Shown: positions 8,449 to 17,602, counted from the stretch's first letter. The stretch: DNA of 22,468 nt from Candidatus Helarchaeota archaeon (GCA_029838215.1 JALGVI010000059.1:1-22468), one strand, 5' to 3'. Numbers and translations: made by a program. Notes: generated from the letters alone by a model not told the origin.

Positions 8449-9972
8449 ATGGTGAGAAGCCTGTCAGACATTTCAACGGTATTAGATAAGATTCAAGACG
8501 TGGTTGGAACAAAATACGTGTCAAATTCTGAACCAATTCGCTATTCTTACGCCCGAAACGCTGATCCAATCTTGAAAGGAGTTCCGGATATAGTGGTTCG
8601 ACCTTCCTCAACGGAAGAAGTGTCAAGAATAGTGAAAATTGCTAATGAGACCCGAACGAAAATCATTCCAAGAGGTGGTGGTGCTGATCTTACCGGTGGA
8701 GCAAAACCCATTGGTGATGGTGGTATTGTTATAGATATGACTCGGATGAATAACGTCTTGGATGTTGACTTGGGTAGTCGTGTTGTAACGGTGGAATGCG
8801 GCATTTCTTGGTCTGAATTGTGCGAGTACCTAAGAAAAGTTGATATTGGCTATTACCCTGGTAGCACGGGACCTGCAAGCGGATTTGGAGCAACGATTGG
8901 CGGTGGTTTATCTAACAATAGCTTGGGTGGTGGTGGTGCTCAGATGTATGGTGCAGTGACAGATCAGTGTGTTGGGCTTGAAGTAGTTCTCCCAACAGGA
9001 GAAATCATTCAAACTGGTGCTAGGGCCAATAAATACATGAAACGTGCGTTTTCAAGACATGGTTTAGGTCCTGATTATAGTGGTTTATTTTTCGGAGATG
9101 TAGGTATTCATGGCATTAAAACGAAGGCGTCATTAAACATTTACCCATTACCGGAGTATGTTGGGTTCAATACTTTTGATATAGCCACTACAAGTGACCA
9201 ACGTTCAATCGAGCGGGCAAGAGACGTCATAAAGAAGTGGCAACATTCTGGAGTTAAAATTCACGATATATATTTCTACACAGAAAGTTATGCTCGTGTA
9301 TTAAAGATATTTCAAGTAAAGAAACCTTTCATTACCATGAATATACAGGGAGGCATAATATTTTACGTTACGGTTGGCAATACGTCAAGAGAACTAGATG
9401 AGAATATTGAACACCTAAATAAGATTGCCAAGGAATCGAATATTAGAAAATTGGGACCCACAATCGAAGAAGGAAATCTTGGAAAATGGTTTGCTGAAGA
9501 AGATGGTCGATGGCAGTGGGCACATATTTATTGGGGTTTATTAGGACCCGCAACTGGTTCCCTTGGTACGTGTCTAAAAACCCCAACTGATACATTACCT
9601 GCTTATGTTGATTTATATAACCGTTGGTCAAATGAAAACACCAAAAATTTTTCCAAGATCGGTGGTGGAACTGCAGATTTCATTGTGATAGGCTGCCACC
9701 CACATTACATTGACGTGACTGGTGGAATATCCTTGAAACCCAAACCTGAACAGTATGAGATGATCTATAATATGTGGAAATCTCTCTTGACTGCTCAAAT
9801 CACGGAGTTGGGAGGCATGCATTATTGGATGGGGGAAATAATTGGGCATGCACTAGTCGATTCAGGTGCATTATCGAAAGAATATTACCAATTCATGATT
9901 AATATCAAGAAAACACTGGATCCTAATAAAATAATAAGCCCAAATAAATTCCGGTTAGCAATGCATTATTGA
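8449..9972 (+). CDS. FAD-binding oxidoreductase (VAO/PCMH; GlcD/alkyl-DHAP synthase-like)
   Basis: PDIVVRPSSTEEVSRIV, PRGGGADLTGG, ATIGG, GLEVVLPTGEII, and C-terminal IKKTLDPNKIISPNK. 0 nt gap to the previous gene. Confidence 0.9.
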   Translation: MVRSLSDISTVLDKIQDVVGTKYVSNSEPIRYSYARNADPILKGVPDIVVRPSSTEEVSRIVKIANETRTKIIPRGGGADLTGGAKPIGDGGIVIDMTRMNNVLDVDLGSRVVTVECGISWSELCEYLRKVDIGYYPGSTGPASGFGATIGGGLSNNSLGGGGAQMYGAVTDQCVGLEVVLPTGEIIQTGARANKYMKRAFSRHGLGPDYSGLFFGDVGIHGIKTKASLNIYPLPEYVGFNTFDIATTSDQRSIERARDVIKKWQHSGVKIHDIYFYTESYARVLKIFQVKKPFITMNIQGGIIFYVTVGNTSRELDENIEHLNKIAKESNIRKLGPTIEEGNLGKWFAEEDGRWQWAHIYWGLLGPATGSLGTCLKTPTDTLPAYVDLYNRWSNENTKNFSKIGGGTADFIVIGCHPHYIDVTGGISLKPKPEQYEMIYNMWKSLLTAQITELGGMHYWMGEIIGHALVDSGALSKEYYQFMINIKKTLDPNKIISPNKFRLAMHY

Positions 9973-9985
9973 GGTAGAGTGAAAC

Positions 9986-11206
9986 ATGGAAAAAGTAAAA
10001 AACTTGAAAGAAGTTGAAAGTGCAGCACTTTCCTGTGTTGCGTGTGGACAATGTAGAAATCCAATGTGGGCTTCAAAAGGGCGATTTGGTGTGTGTCCAG
10101 TCTATTCAACAGATATCACACCTAAATTCGAAGCATTTTTTGCACGAGGAAAAAATATGATCATAAAGTCTATATTATGGGATGATTTACCACTTTCCAG
10201 TGAGATAGCAAATATTTTCTATCAATGTACTACTTGTGGTTCGTGTGAAGAGTTCTGTCATAATTCTATGAACTCAGAAATCAATTTTGCCAACCATAAA
10301 TGGATGAAGCACGTTGAAGTATATGAGGCGTTGCGTGCTGACCTTGTTGAAGCAGGGTTTGCCCCTAAAGAACATCAGGAAATGAATAAAGCTCTTCTTG
10401 AAAAAGATAATCCTTACGGTCGCGACCAAGTAGAAAAAGAAGATTGGACTAAAGATTTGAATTTTACAATAAAAAATGCCTCTAAAGAAAGCGTGGAATA
10501 CCTTTATTTCGTGGGATGCACGTCAGCGTTAAGTCCATCAACACGAGTAGTTGCTCAATCTACTGCAAAAATATTACATAAATTAGATGTAGATTTTGGA
10601 ATTCTTGGAAAAGAAGAAATTTGTTGTGGAAGTGTTGCTAAACGAACTGGTAATTTGAAAGTATTTAATTCTGCATTAGAAAAAAATATCAAGATTTTTA
10701 AAGAAAAAAACATAAAAAAAATTATTACAAGTTGTGCTGGGTGTTATCGCACGTTTTTAAAAGATTATAATAAGGAATTGGACGGTATTGAAGTTGTACA
10801 CACGTCTGAATTCATCCAAAAATATTTAAAAGAACATGAGGTAGAATTAAAAAAATTGGATATTGTAACAACATATCACGATCCTTGCCATCTTGGAAGA
10901 CATTGCGATTTTTATGACCCTCCTCGAGAAATATTGAATCAAATTTCTGAACTTAAAGAAATGCAACGCATTAAAGGAAATGCCTTGTGTTGTGGTGCAG
11001 GTGGAGGGGTGAAAAAAACTTATCCTGAACTTGCAATGGAAATATCAAAAAATCGAATACAAGATGCAGAGGATACCGAAGCTACATGCCTTGTAAGCAC
11101 GTGTCCATTCTGCCATAGAAATTTAATGGATGGTTTGGAAAAAACGGGATCTACACTAAAAATGCGTGATCTCACAGAACTAATCATTGAATCCTTAAAA
11201 AAATAA
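9986..11206 (+). CDS. (Fe-S)-binding protein with 4Fe-4S and two CCG domains (GlcF/HdrD-like)
   Basis: CVACGQC...CP, CTTCGSCEEFC, YFVGC, CCG, SCAGC, YHDPCHLGR, CCGAGGG and TCPFC motifs. Confidence 0.92.
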   Translation: MEKVKNLKEVESAALSCVACGQCRNPMWASKGRFGVCPVYSTDITPKFEAFFARGKNMIIKSILWDDLPLSSEIANIFYQCTTCGSCEEFCHNSMNSEINFANHKWMKHVEVYEALRADLVEAGFAPKEHQEMNKALLEKDNPYGRDQVEKEDWTKDLNFTIKNASKESVEYLYFVGCTSALSPSTRVVAQSTAKILHKLDVDFGILGKEEICCGSVAKRTGNLKVFNSALEKNIKIFKEKNIKKIITSCAGCYRTFLKDYNKELDGIEVVHTSEFIQKYLKEHEVELKKLDIVTTYHDPCHLGRHCDFYDPPREILNQISELKEMQRIKGNALCCGAGGGVKKTYPELAMEISKNRIQDAEDTEATCLVSTCPFCHRNLMDGLEKTGSTLKMRDLTELIIESLKK

Positions 11207-11238
11207 TTATGAAAATCAAGTAAAAACGGTGATTATGA

Positions 11239-12384
11239 ATGAATAATAACTATGGAGACATTCCTGAAGACGTAAGGGCAAAACCTTTTCTTCCAACTAT
11301 GCAAAATTGGATGTGGAAAATTTTTAAAGCCTTGGGTTGGGAGCAAATGGAGAAATATATTCACGTAGCAGAAGATTGTGCATACTATTTTTTTGAAGAT
11401 AGACTCAATGAATCTATAAGTACCGCACAAGCTGTTTATAACGGTAAAATTACGGAACATGAGAAAGTATTATCCTATATAACAGCAATTCCACCTTTAA
11501 CAATTAGGTCAGATCTTTGTCAAGGGACGACCAAGCTAATTGGAGGTGAATCTCTTGACGTAACTTGGATACCATTAAGTGATTTTAATCAAGAAGTGTT
11601 CATGTTATTAAATACACATCTAGAAGATGGTATTCCTGTTGACTGGTGGATTGTAAATCGAGATGATGAATTATTGGACCGAAGACACATGAAACTAGGA
11701 TATAAAATTAGAGATATGCCGACAAGAATGAGGGACTTTACGAAATTCGGGAACAAAGTAAAAAGTGTTTTAATGGATATAAGGAATGAAAGAACGCCAC
11801 AATGGAATTCTTCACACTACATAACTGCACCAGTCTGGACATCATATGCAGTAGAAGAATTTATGGCGAGTTCAAATTTCGAATCAATTGCAGGCATGTA
11901 CTTTGGATGGGCAACAAAAGATAAGTATAAACTCCCTGATTACTGTTATACACTTCATCCTTGGCCCTCAATCTTAAACATGATGTACATGGGTGGGATG
12001 GAAGCACTTATCTATAAATTATCTGGATTAACAACGAGATCTCAGTTTTATATCCAACCGATTGAGAAACGAACCATGCAGCATTTCCATGATAATATGC
12101 CATCAGCTATAGATCTCATGAAAGAATCATATGCAGAAGGATTCCCATTCCCAATTCAGACGATAAAGTTAACAATGCCTAATATTAAGAGTAAAAATGC
12201 CGAAATTCGATTCCAAAAACAATATCCAAAAGGCAAATTCATCAAGATGGAAGATTTGAACATTACGTTCGAGGATGCTGTGAATGGTATTTTTACTAAT
12301 ATAACTCATGAAACGGATCCTAGCGAAAAAATTGATGAATCAAGAATTATTTCTAGGGGAATAGGAAGTAAAACTAGCTTTTAA
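11239..12384 (+). CDS. Hypothetical soluble protein (381 aa), last gene of the SCP2 operon
   Basis: Long ORF with GGTGA RBS at 11228-11232, 32 nt after the Fe-S gene. No family recognised. Confidence 0.8.
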   Translation: MNNNYGDIPEDVRAKPFLPTMQNWMWKIFKALGWEQMEKYIHVAEDCAYYFFEDRLNESISTAQAVYNGKITEHEKVLSYITAIPPLTIRSDLCQGTTKLIGGESLDVTWIPLSDFNQEVFMLLNTHLEDGIPVDWWIVNRDDELLDRRHMKLGYKIRDMPTRMRDFTKFGNKVKSVLMDIRNERTPQWNSSHYITAPVWTSYAVEEFMASSNFESIAGMYFGWATKDKYKLPDYCYTLHPWPSILNMMYMGGMEALIYKLSGLTTRSQFYIQPIEKRTMQHFHDNMPSAIDLMKESYAEGFPFPIQTIKLTMPNIKSKNAEIRFQKQYPKGKFIKMEDLNITFEDAVNGIFTNITHETDPSEKIDESRIISRGIGSKTSF

Positions 12385-12394
12385 TAGCCATTAA

Positions 12395-12685
12395 CTAGTC
12401 CACGAAACCGTCCAAAATGGGTAGGGAGTGGCTACCCGGTAGTGAAATATTCGGTTTGGTGCTGAATAATCCCGTTTCGAACTTGAAAGGTTTTTTTCTT
12501 GCAGCAATCTGGATGGCGGCAACCTCGTGGGCATTCATTTTTTTCTTGCACGATGGACAATACACGACATCCCAATCATTAAGAGTCCTGAAATCCGGCT
12601 CGAACACGCCCGTGGCGTGCCATCGCCGCAAGGTCTTCGTGCAGACCCCTAAAAAACTCGCTGCAACTGAAATGCTCAAATACAT
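12395..12685 (-). pseudogene. Chimeric tnpA'-'tnpB remnant
   Basis: MYLSISVAASFLGVCTKTLRRWHATGVFEPDFRT is the MerR-like HTH start of IS607 TnpA. YCPSCKKKMNAHEVAAIQIAAR is the TnpB Zn-ribbon half plus an NAA.NI-type RuvC-III end. The junction is near 12583. Confidence 0.75.
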
Positions 12686-12770
12686 GAAATCAAAAAATAA
12701 AAAACAATTTTTAAATGTCCAAGATTGCCCTCATTTCCAGTGACTATTATTGCACGGTCAGACCATTCAC
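12395..12770 (-). mobile_element. Internally deleted IS607-family-like element (non-autonomous); ends approximate
   Basis: Contains a tnpA-like 5' end and a tnpB-like 3' end in one short ORF, a hairpin GGGTAG/CTACCC (12419-12437), and recurring TGGAC motifs near both ends. Exact termini cannot be fixed. Confidence 0.7.
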
Positions 12771-12881
12771 GTAAGCATTTAAAACTTGAGGAATGGAATA
12801 TTTGATCAATTCAAAAATTTAATCGTCAAGCAAGAGAATATCAATTTCGGCATTCTCACGGATATTATTTGGTGTGCTTTG

Positions 12882-14474
12882 ATGGACTTGGATGAAAATA
12901 TTTATAATGCACTAGTTGAAATTATTGGAGAGCGATTCGTTTCGAAAGATAAAGTCATTACGGAAGCATATTCTTTTAATTGGTTCAACGATGTCATTAC
13001 TATTAGAGAGAATCGGGAATCCAGCAATTTTTTGAATGCTCCTCTTGCGGTTGCACTACCTGGAACGACTGAAGAAGTCATTAAAATCGTTAAATTAATT
13101 CACGAAGTAGGATTGAAATTCAAAGCTCAAAGCACGGGCTTGGGCGGTTGGAATTGTCCATTAACCGATGACGTGATCATTTTGGACATGCGGCGAATGA
13201 ATGAGATACGTAAAATCGACAAGAAAAACATGTTTGCCGTTATAGAACCATATGTCACGGGTGCAACTTTGCAAGCGGAATTACTCAAGCATGACCTCAA
13301 CACGCACATGCCCGGCGCAGGTCCTCAAGTGTCTCCTCTTGCAAGCTCGACTTCAATGTGTGGTCCCGGTTTCACGGGCGACGTGACTGGATATTCTGCG
13401 AGGAATGTACTGGGTGTCGAATGGGTCTTGCCTAACGGGGAGCTATTAAAACTGGGTTCACTTGGGCTTGATGGTGATCCTGACTGGTATTGCGCGGATG
13501 GACCTGGGTTCAGTTTGAGAGGTGTCATGCGGGGTGCGCAAGGTGTTAGAGGTGGGCTCGGTGTCTTTACTGCATGTGCCGTAAAATTATATCCTTTTCC
13601 ATGCGAGCCGAAATGGAACCTTTCGGGAGTCTCGCCCAATTATGAATTCGACATACCAAACTATATGGAATTTCATTTTATCAATTATAAAAATTGGGAA
13701 TTAGCAGAACGTGCTTTAAATCGTTTTTCAGAAGAAGAAATCGGATTTATGGTCTGTTACATATCGAATTTCGCTGCCTTTGCCTTATTTTCGAGAGATC
13801 GTGCCGATCTTGCAAAAAAAGCGGCGTCCATCGGGCGGCTGAAGAAACCGCTCTGTGTGTTGCTTTGCGGCAGAACAAAGCGCGAAATTGAATATAAAAG
13901 AAAAGTACTGGATCATCTTATTGAAGAAACTGGCGGAAGAGACTTCACGACAAGCGGTAAATTCGTTCCAAGGTCTCAATCGTATGTTGAAGCATTACGA
14001 AGCATGCTTGGAATTCATGCTTTTCTTGCCACTGGGTCATTCGAATCAACTTTTGGTGGCATGGATTCTTTGACTTTGGCTTTTAGGATGGCTAAAGAAA
14101 ATGTTGTTTTAAAAAAGGAGTTCATCGAGAAACACTCATTACCCGATGATCAGGGTCAATCTGGCTGGATCCAGACATACGAATACGGGCACTATGCTCA
14201 TTCCGAAATGCCAACGATGTATGATATTAATGACCTGAGTTCTAGACAAGGAATGTTCGAATATTACGAAAAATCGGAAGACGTGTGTTTAAATAAGAGC
14301 CTGAATTTTCCGTTCTTCATTGATGGAGATAAACTTCATGAAAAATGGGGTGAAAAAACGTGCAACTACCACGTTTGGTTGCGTAAAATAAAAGAAGCAT
14401 TTGACCCTCAAAATACGGCTGATTCCAGCTTCTACATCTCAACAACAAGTGAGTTGGCGAGAAGAAGTGGATGA
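12882..14474 (+). CDS. FAD-binding oxidoreductase (VAO/PCMH family)
   Basis: VALPGTTEEVIKIVK, ILDMRRMNEIRKID, AVIEPYVT, LGVEWVLPNGELLKLGS, and IKEAFDPQN. ATG 12882 has GGTG at 12871-12874 upstream. The ORF track starts at TTG 12786. Confidence 0.9.
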   Translation: MDLDENIYNALVEIIGERFVSKDKVITEAYSFNWFNDVITIRENRESSNFLNAPLAVALPGTTEEVIKIVKLIHEVGLKFKAQSTGLGGWNCPLTDDVIILDMRRMNEIRKIDKKNMFAVIEPYVTGATLQAELLKHDLNTHMPGAGPQVSPLASSTSMCGPGFTGDVTGYSARNVLGVEWVLPNGELLKLGSLGLDGDPDWYCADGPGFSLRGVMRGAQGVRGGLGVFTACAVKLYPFPCEPKWNLSGVSPNYEFDIPNYMEFHFINYKNWELAERALNRFSEEEIGFMVCYISNFAAFALFSRDRADLAKKAASIGRLKKPLCVLLCGRTKREIEYKRKVLDHLIEETGGRDFTTSGKFVPRSQSYVEALRSMLGIHAFLATGSFESTFGGMDSLTLAFRMAKENVVLKKEFIEKHSLPDDQGQSGWIQTYEYGHYAHSEMPTMYDINDLSSRQGMFEYYEKSEDVCLNKSLNFPFFIDGDKLHEKWGEKTCNYHVWLRKIKEAFDPQNTADSSFYISTTSELARRSG

Positions 14475-14511
14475 TCTTTGCTTGAAAATTAAAAATTAAA
14501 TATTTTGACTG

Positions 14512-15057
14512 ATGAAAATGACGAAAATCGTGCCGGGAGAATATCCCAAGCAGTTTGAAAAAACAATTAAAATTAAAGATGGAACGAAGGTTTTTCTAAG
14601 ACCGATCAAGCCTGAAGATCGTGAATTATGGCTTGAATTTTATCTATCGCTTTCAAAGATGGCAAAATATTATCGCTTCTTTTCGTCACGCCCCGATCCT
14701 GACGAAAAAATGATAAAACAATATACTCAGATCGACTACGTCAATAATTTTGCCTTGATTGCTTTGGTCAAGGAAAACGAAAAAGAACGCATGGTCGGTG
14801 TCGTTCGTTACGTGCTTGATCCGAAATCCGGCAATGCCGAGCTTGCGATTGTAATTGCTGACGACTGGCAAGGACGGGGCTTAGGAACCAAAATGTTAAT
14901 TGAAATGTTGGGAATAATGATAAAAAGAAAGGTACACAAGGTCGTTGGAGATGTATTCTTGGAAAATGATAAAATGATGCAACTAATGCGTGAAAGCGGG
15001 TTTAAATTCATAGGAGAATCCCAGTACGGAATCAGACATTTCGAGTTCGCGCTTTGA
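14512..15057 (+). CDS. GNAT N-acetyltransferase (Pat GNAT-domain-like)
   Basis: LRPIKPED, YYRFFS, YTQIDY, AELAIVIADDWQGRGLGTKML, and VFLENDKM motifs. Confidence 0.9.
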   Translation: MKMTKIVPGEYPKQFEKTIKIKDGTKVFLRPIKPEDRELWLEFYLSLSKMAKYYRFFSSRPDPDEKMIKQYTQIDYVNNFALIALVKENEKERMVGVVRYVLDPKSGNAELAIVIADDWQGRGLGTKMLIEMLGIMIKRKVHKVVGDVFLENDKMMQLMRESGFKFIGESQYGIRHFEFAL

Positions 15058-15287
15058 TTTGATTTCTTCCTTGAAAATTTCACCAATTTTCAACGACGAC
15101 TTAAAAATGTCTCTATTTGCCACTTTTTTTTATCTAAATTATTTACTCACGAATGTCCTTCTCTTAAAATTTACTTTTAGATTCTTTATGTTTTTTATAT
15201 GACATAAAAATTTGGTGCGATTGATTTTTTAGGACTTGAATACCCAATAGTTCATGGATATTGGTTAGAAAAAAAAGGATTGGGGCA

Positions 15288-15401
15288 ATGAAAAGAAAAG
15301 AAGTGGATTATACAAGAAAAATCTTCTATAACATCGCATTCTTCACGTTGCTTTTTATCGTGATAGCGATTTTTTTGATGGTAATTTCATTTTTCATGTA
15401 A
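15288..15401 (+). CDS. Small single-pass membrane protein (37 aa), absent from the ORF track
   Basis: MKRKEVDYTRKIFYNIAFFTLLFIVIAIFLMVISFFM. Basic N-terminus plus one long hydrophobic helix; GGGG upstream; ends 14 nt from the convergent HAD stop. Confidence 0.55.
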   Translation: MKRKEVDYTRKIFYNIAFFTLLFIVIAIFLMVISFFM

Positions 15402-15415
15402 TATGGGATTTCATG

Positions 15416-16201
15416 TCAGGACGAAGAAGGAAGAGCATTTAATTTTTCTATGATGGGGATCAATTCACGTAGGTCCTCAAGAACGTGATCTGCCTCTATT
15501 TCTATTGGATGGTGATATAACGGATTGGAATCCATGGTTGGATGACCGTCCGCATCTGTTTGAGGTCGAGATATTAGAACCGACCAGATGCCCGCATCTT
15601 TCGCTCCCTTTATATCGTCCCATTTCGTGTCTCCACAAAAAATTGCCTCTTGAGGCTTCACTTTTAACCGAGCCAACGCATCGTGAAAAATCACGGGATT
15701 TGGTTTCCGAATTCCCGATTCTGCCGATGTCAAGATGACATCAAAGAATCCCGTTATTCCCAAGTAATTCATGTTTTCTCGTGCAAAATCTCCCCGAGAA
15801 ATATTCGTGATCACCGCCAATTTCAGCTTGAATGCCTGTTTTAATTGTTGAAGCAAGTCCTTGACTTCTGGATAAAGTTTCGTGTTCGGCATCCATATTT
15901 CATTTCTCAACCGGATGACTGCTTCAAGATCATCATCTTGCAAATCCGATTTTTTCACGCCCAGCGCAAGAAAGATTTCCTCCCACCAGTGCTTCGGATC
16001 TATCTCCGTGAAAGGATGCGTGTCCCTTTGCTTGAAATATTTGATGTAAATTTTTTCTTTCGTCTTGCGAAATGTTGTAAAATCCACTTTTATTCCAAAT
16101 TTTCTTTGTAAAAATTCGTGAGTCTGCACGTCGGGGCTTTTCGTGGCTGATGGATCTATCAAGGTCCTGTAAAGATCAAAAATAACCGCTTTTATTGGCA
16201 T
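15416..16201 (-). CDS. HAD superfamily hydrolase
   Basis: IFDLYRTLID (motif I), VITN (II), RKPNPVIF (III), and GDTKWDDIKGAKDAG (IV). Likely start MPIKAV at 16201; the ORF extends to 16279. Confidence 0.9.
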   Translation of the reverse strand: MPIKAVIFDLYRTLIDPSATKSPDVQTHEFLQRKFGIKVDFTTFRKTKEKIYIKYFKQRDTHPFTEIDPKHWWEEIFLALGVKKSDLQDDDLEAVIRLRNEIWMPNTKLYPEVKDLLQQLKQAFKLKLAVITNISRGDFARENMNYLGITGFFDVILTSAESGIRKPNPVIFHDALARLKVKPQEAIFCGDTKWDDIKGAKDAGIWSVLISRPQTDADGHPTMDSNPLYHHPIEIEADHVLEDLRELIPIIEKLNALPSSS

Positions 16202-16576
16202 GAAAATCATCATAAGACCGATGAAATTATTTTTCAATTTTTTCATGACCTGCAAGAAATTAAAAATTTGTTGAAACATGATTTCTGTCTTAAAAATTCA
16301 TTTAAATTCATATTTTTCATGATGGTGAATGATTTTTCCATTTAAATCAATAACAAAATGTTCCACTTTTATAGTAACGATTATGGCACGGTGATGAAAT
16401 TTTCCTGACGTTTTTTCACGTAGATTTGAATAATCCCCTATCAATTATTGGAGCTAAGACCGAAATCCTCGAGCTTGACGTATAAACAAATCCTTTTTTA
16501 GGATCATGTTTTTAGTTCTTTTTTGGATCAAAATTTCATGGTTTTTAAAATGGATTTGTCCATCTGAGGTCTTGTA

Positions 16577-17521
16577 ATGAATAGAACTTTTCTACCCCAA
16601 AAATCACGTGGCGGGCTATATCTTATCATCACTCTTGGTGGAATTGTCGCTCTATTTAGTTGTATTTTACTTTTTACATTCCCAACATTAACCAATACTC
16701 CGTTTACATTTTTTATATTGATTCTATTCATCGTGTTTCTTTGTGTTTTCGCCTATTTCATTTTTGCTTTTTATACAATGAAATACGTGTTTGCGACGGA
16801 CCATCTCTTGATTCAATGGGGATTGATCAGGCGGAAAATACTATATGAAAATATTAAAACCATGGGCTTGACTTCTGATTGGATTTATGATGGTCTTCGA
16901 CTCGGGGGCATCGCCCTCCCTGGTTATTATGGTGGCAAATTCATGCTCCTCCTCAATGGAATTTACGAGCACATTACTTTGTATTCATCCACGACTAAAA
17001 ACTTGGTAATCATTTATTACAAGCAAGGGAAGAAATTGAAGACTTGCGGCATTTCGCCTGAAAATCCTGAAGCATTCCTTTCGGAACTCCAAAAGAGGAA
17101 TGATCAAATTGAAAAAACCACGATTAAAACGCGAGAACCTTTGGAATCCGAACCTGAAGACATTATTAGAAACGTTCTATATTCTAAAATTGCATTTATC
17201 GCATCGCTTGCCATTCTTACTATCGGTGTCGTGTTTTTCGTCGTCCTGTTTGTTTTTTTACCACCTATTGTTCCGGTCCATTTTGATGTCTATGGAGTGC
17301 CGAATCGATGGGGATCCAAGCTTGAATTGATAGGAGTCCTAATCCTTCTCATTGTAGTTGGTCTCGGATTTACTCTTCCGCTCTATATATTAACTCGTAC
17401 GAAAACGGAGCTCTTGAAATCATCAAATGGGTATAAATTAATGTTGGTCGCATTGGGCATCAACTTGGCATTAGTTATTCCGACAATTGCGACCCTTCTA
17501 CTCACGCTCATCGCTGTTTGA
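16577..17521 (+). CDS. Membrane protein with bacterial PH domain and DUF1648
   Basis: Two N-terminal TM helices; IQWGLIRRKILYENIK...GGIALPGYYGGKF...ISPENPEAFL (PH-like); LPPIVPVHFDVYGVPNRWGSK (DUF1648) with flanking TM helices. Confidence 0.75.
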   Translation: MNRTFLPQKSRGGLYLIITLGGIVALFSCILLFTFPTLTNTPFTFFILILFIVFLCVFAYFIFAFYTMKYVFATDHLLIQWGLIRRKILYENIKTMGLTSDWIYDGLRLGGIALPGYYGGKFMLLLNGIYEHITLYSSTTKNLVIIYYKQGKKLKTCGISPENPEAFLSELQKRNDQIEKTTIKTREPLESEPEDIIRNVLYSKIAFIASLAILTIGVVFFVVLFVFLPPIVPVHFDVYGVPNRWGSKLELIGVLILLIVVGLGFTLPLYILTRTKTELLKSSNGYKLMLVALGINLALVIPTIATLLLTLIAV

Positions 17522-17565
17522 CAGGTTCGAAGAAAAGATATTTGCGCTGCACATAGATCGGATAA

Positions 17566-17573
17566 TTTATTAA
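17566..17573 (+). promoter_or_regulatory. TATA-box candidate for the tRNA gene
   Basis: TTTATTAA about 30 nt upstream of the mature tRNA 5' end. Confidence 0.45.
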
Positions 17574-17602
17574 TCGTAAAGATTTATGAATTTTATATCA
17601 TC

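Noticed and set aside
12417-12743. 108-aa plus-strand ORF
   Set aside because: It is antisense to the recognisable tnpA/tnpB remnant and has no motif of its own.
13127-14073. Several 60-104 aa ORFs overlapping the second FAD oxidoreductase (and similar short ORFs over other genes)
   Set aside because: These are shadow or alternate-frame ORFs inside well-supported genes, with no motifs.
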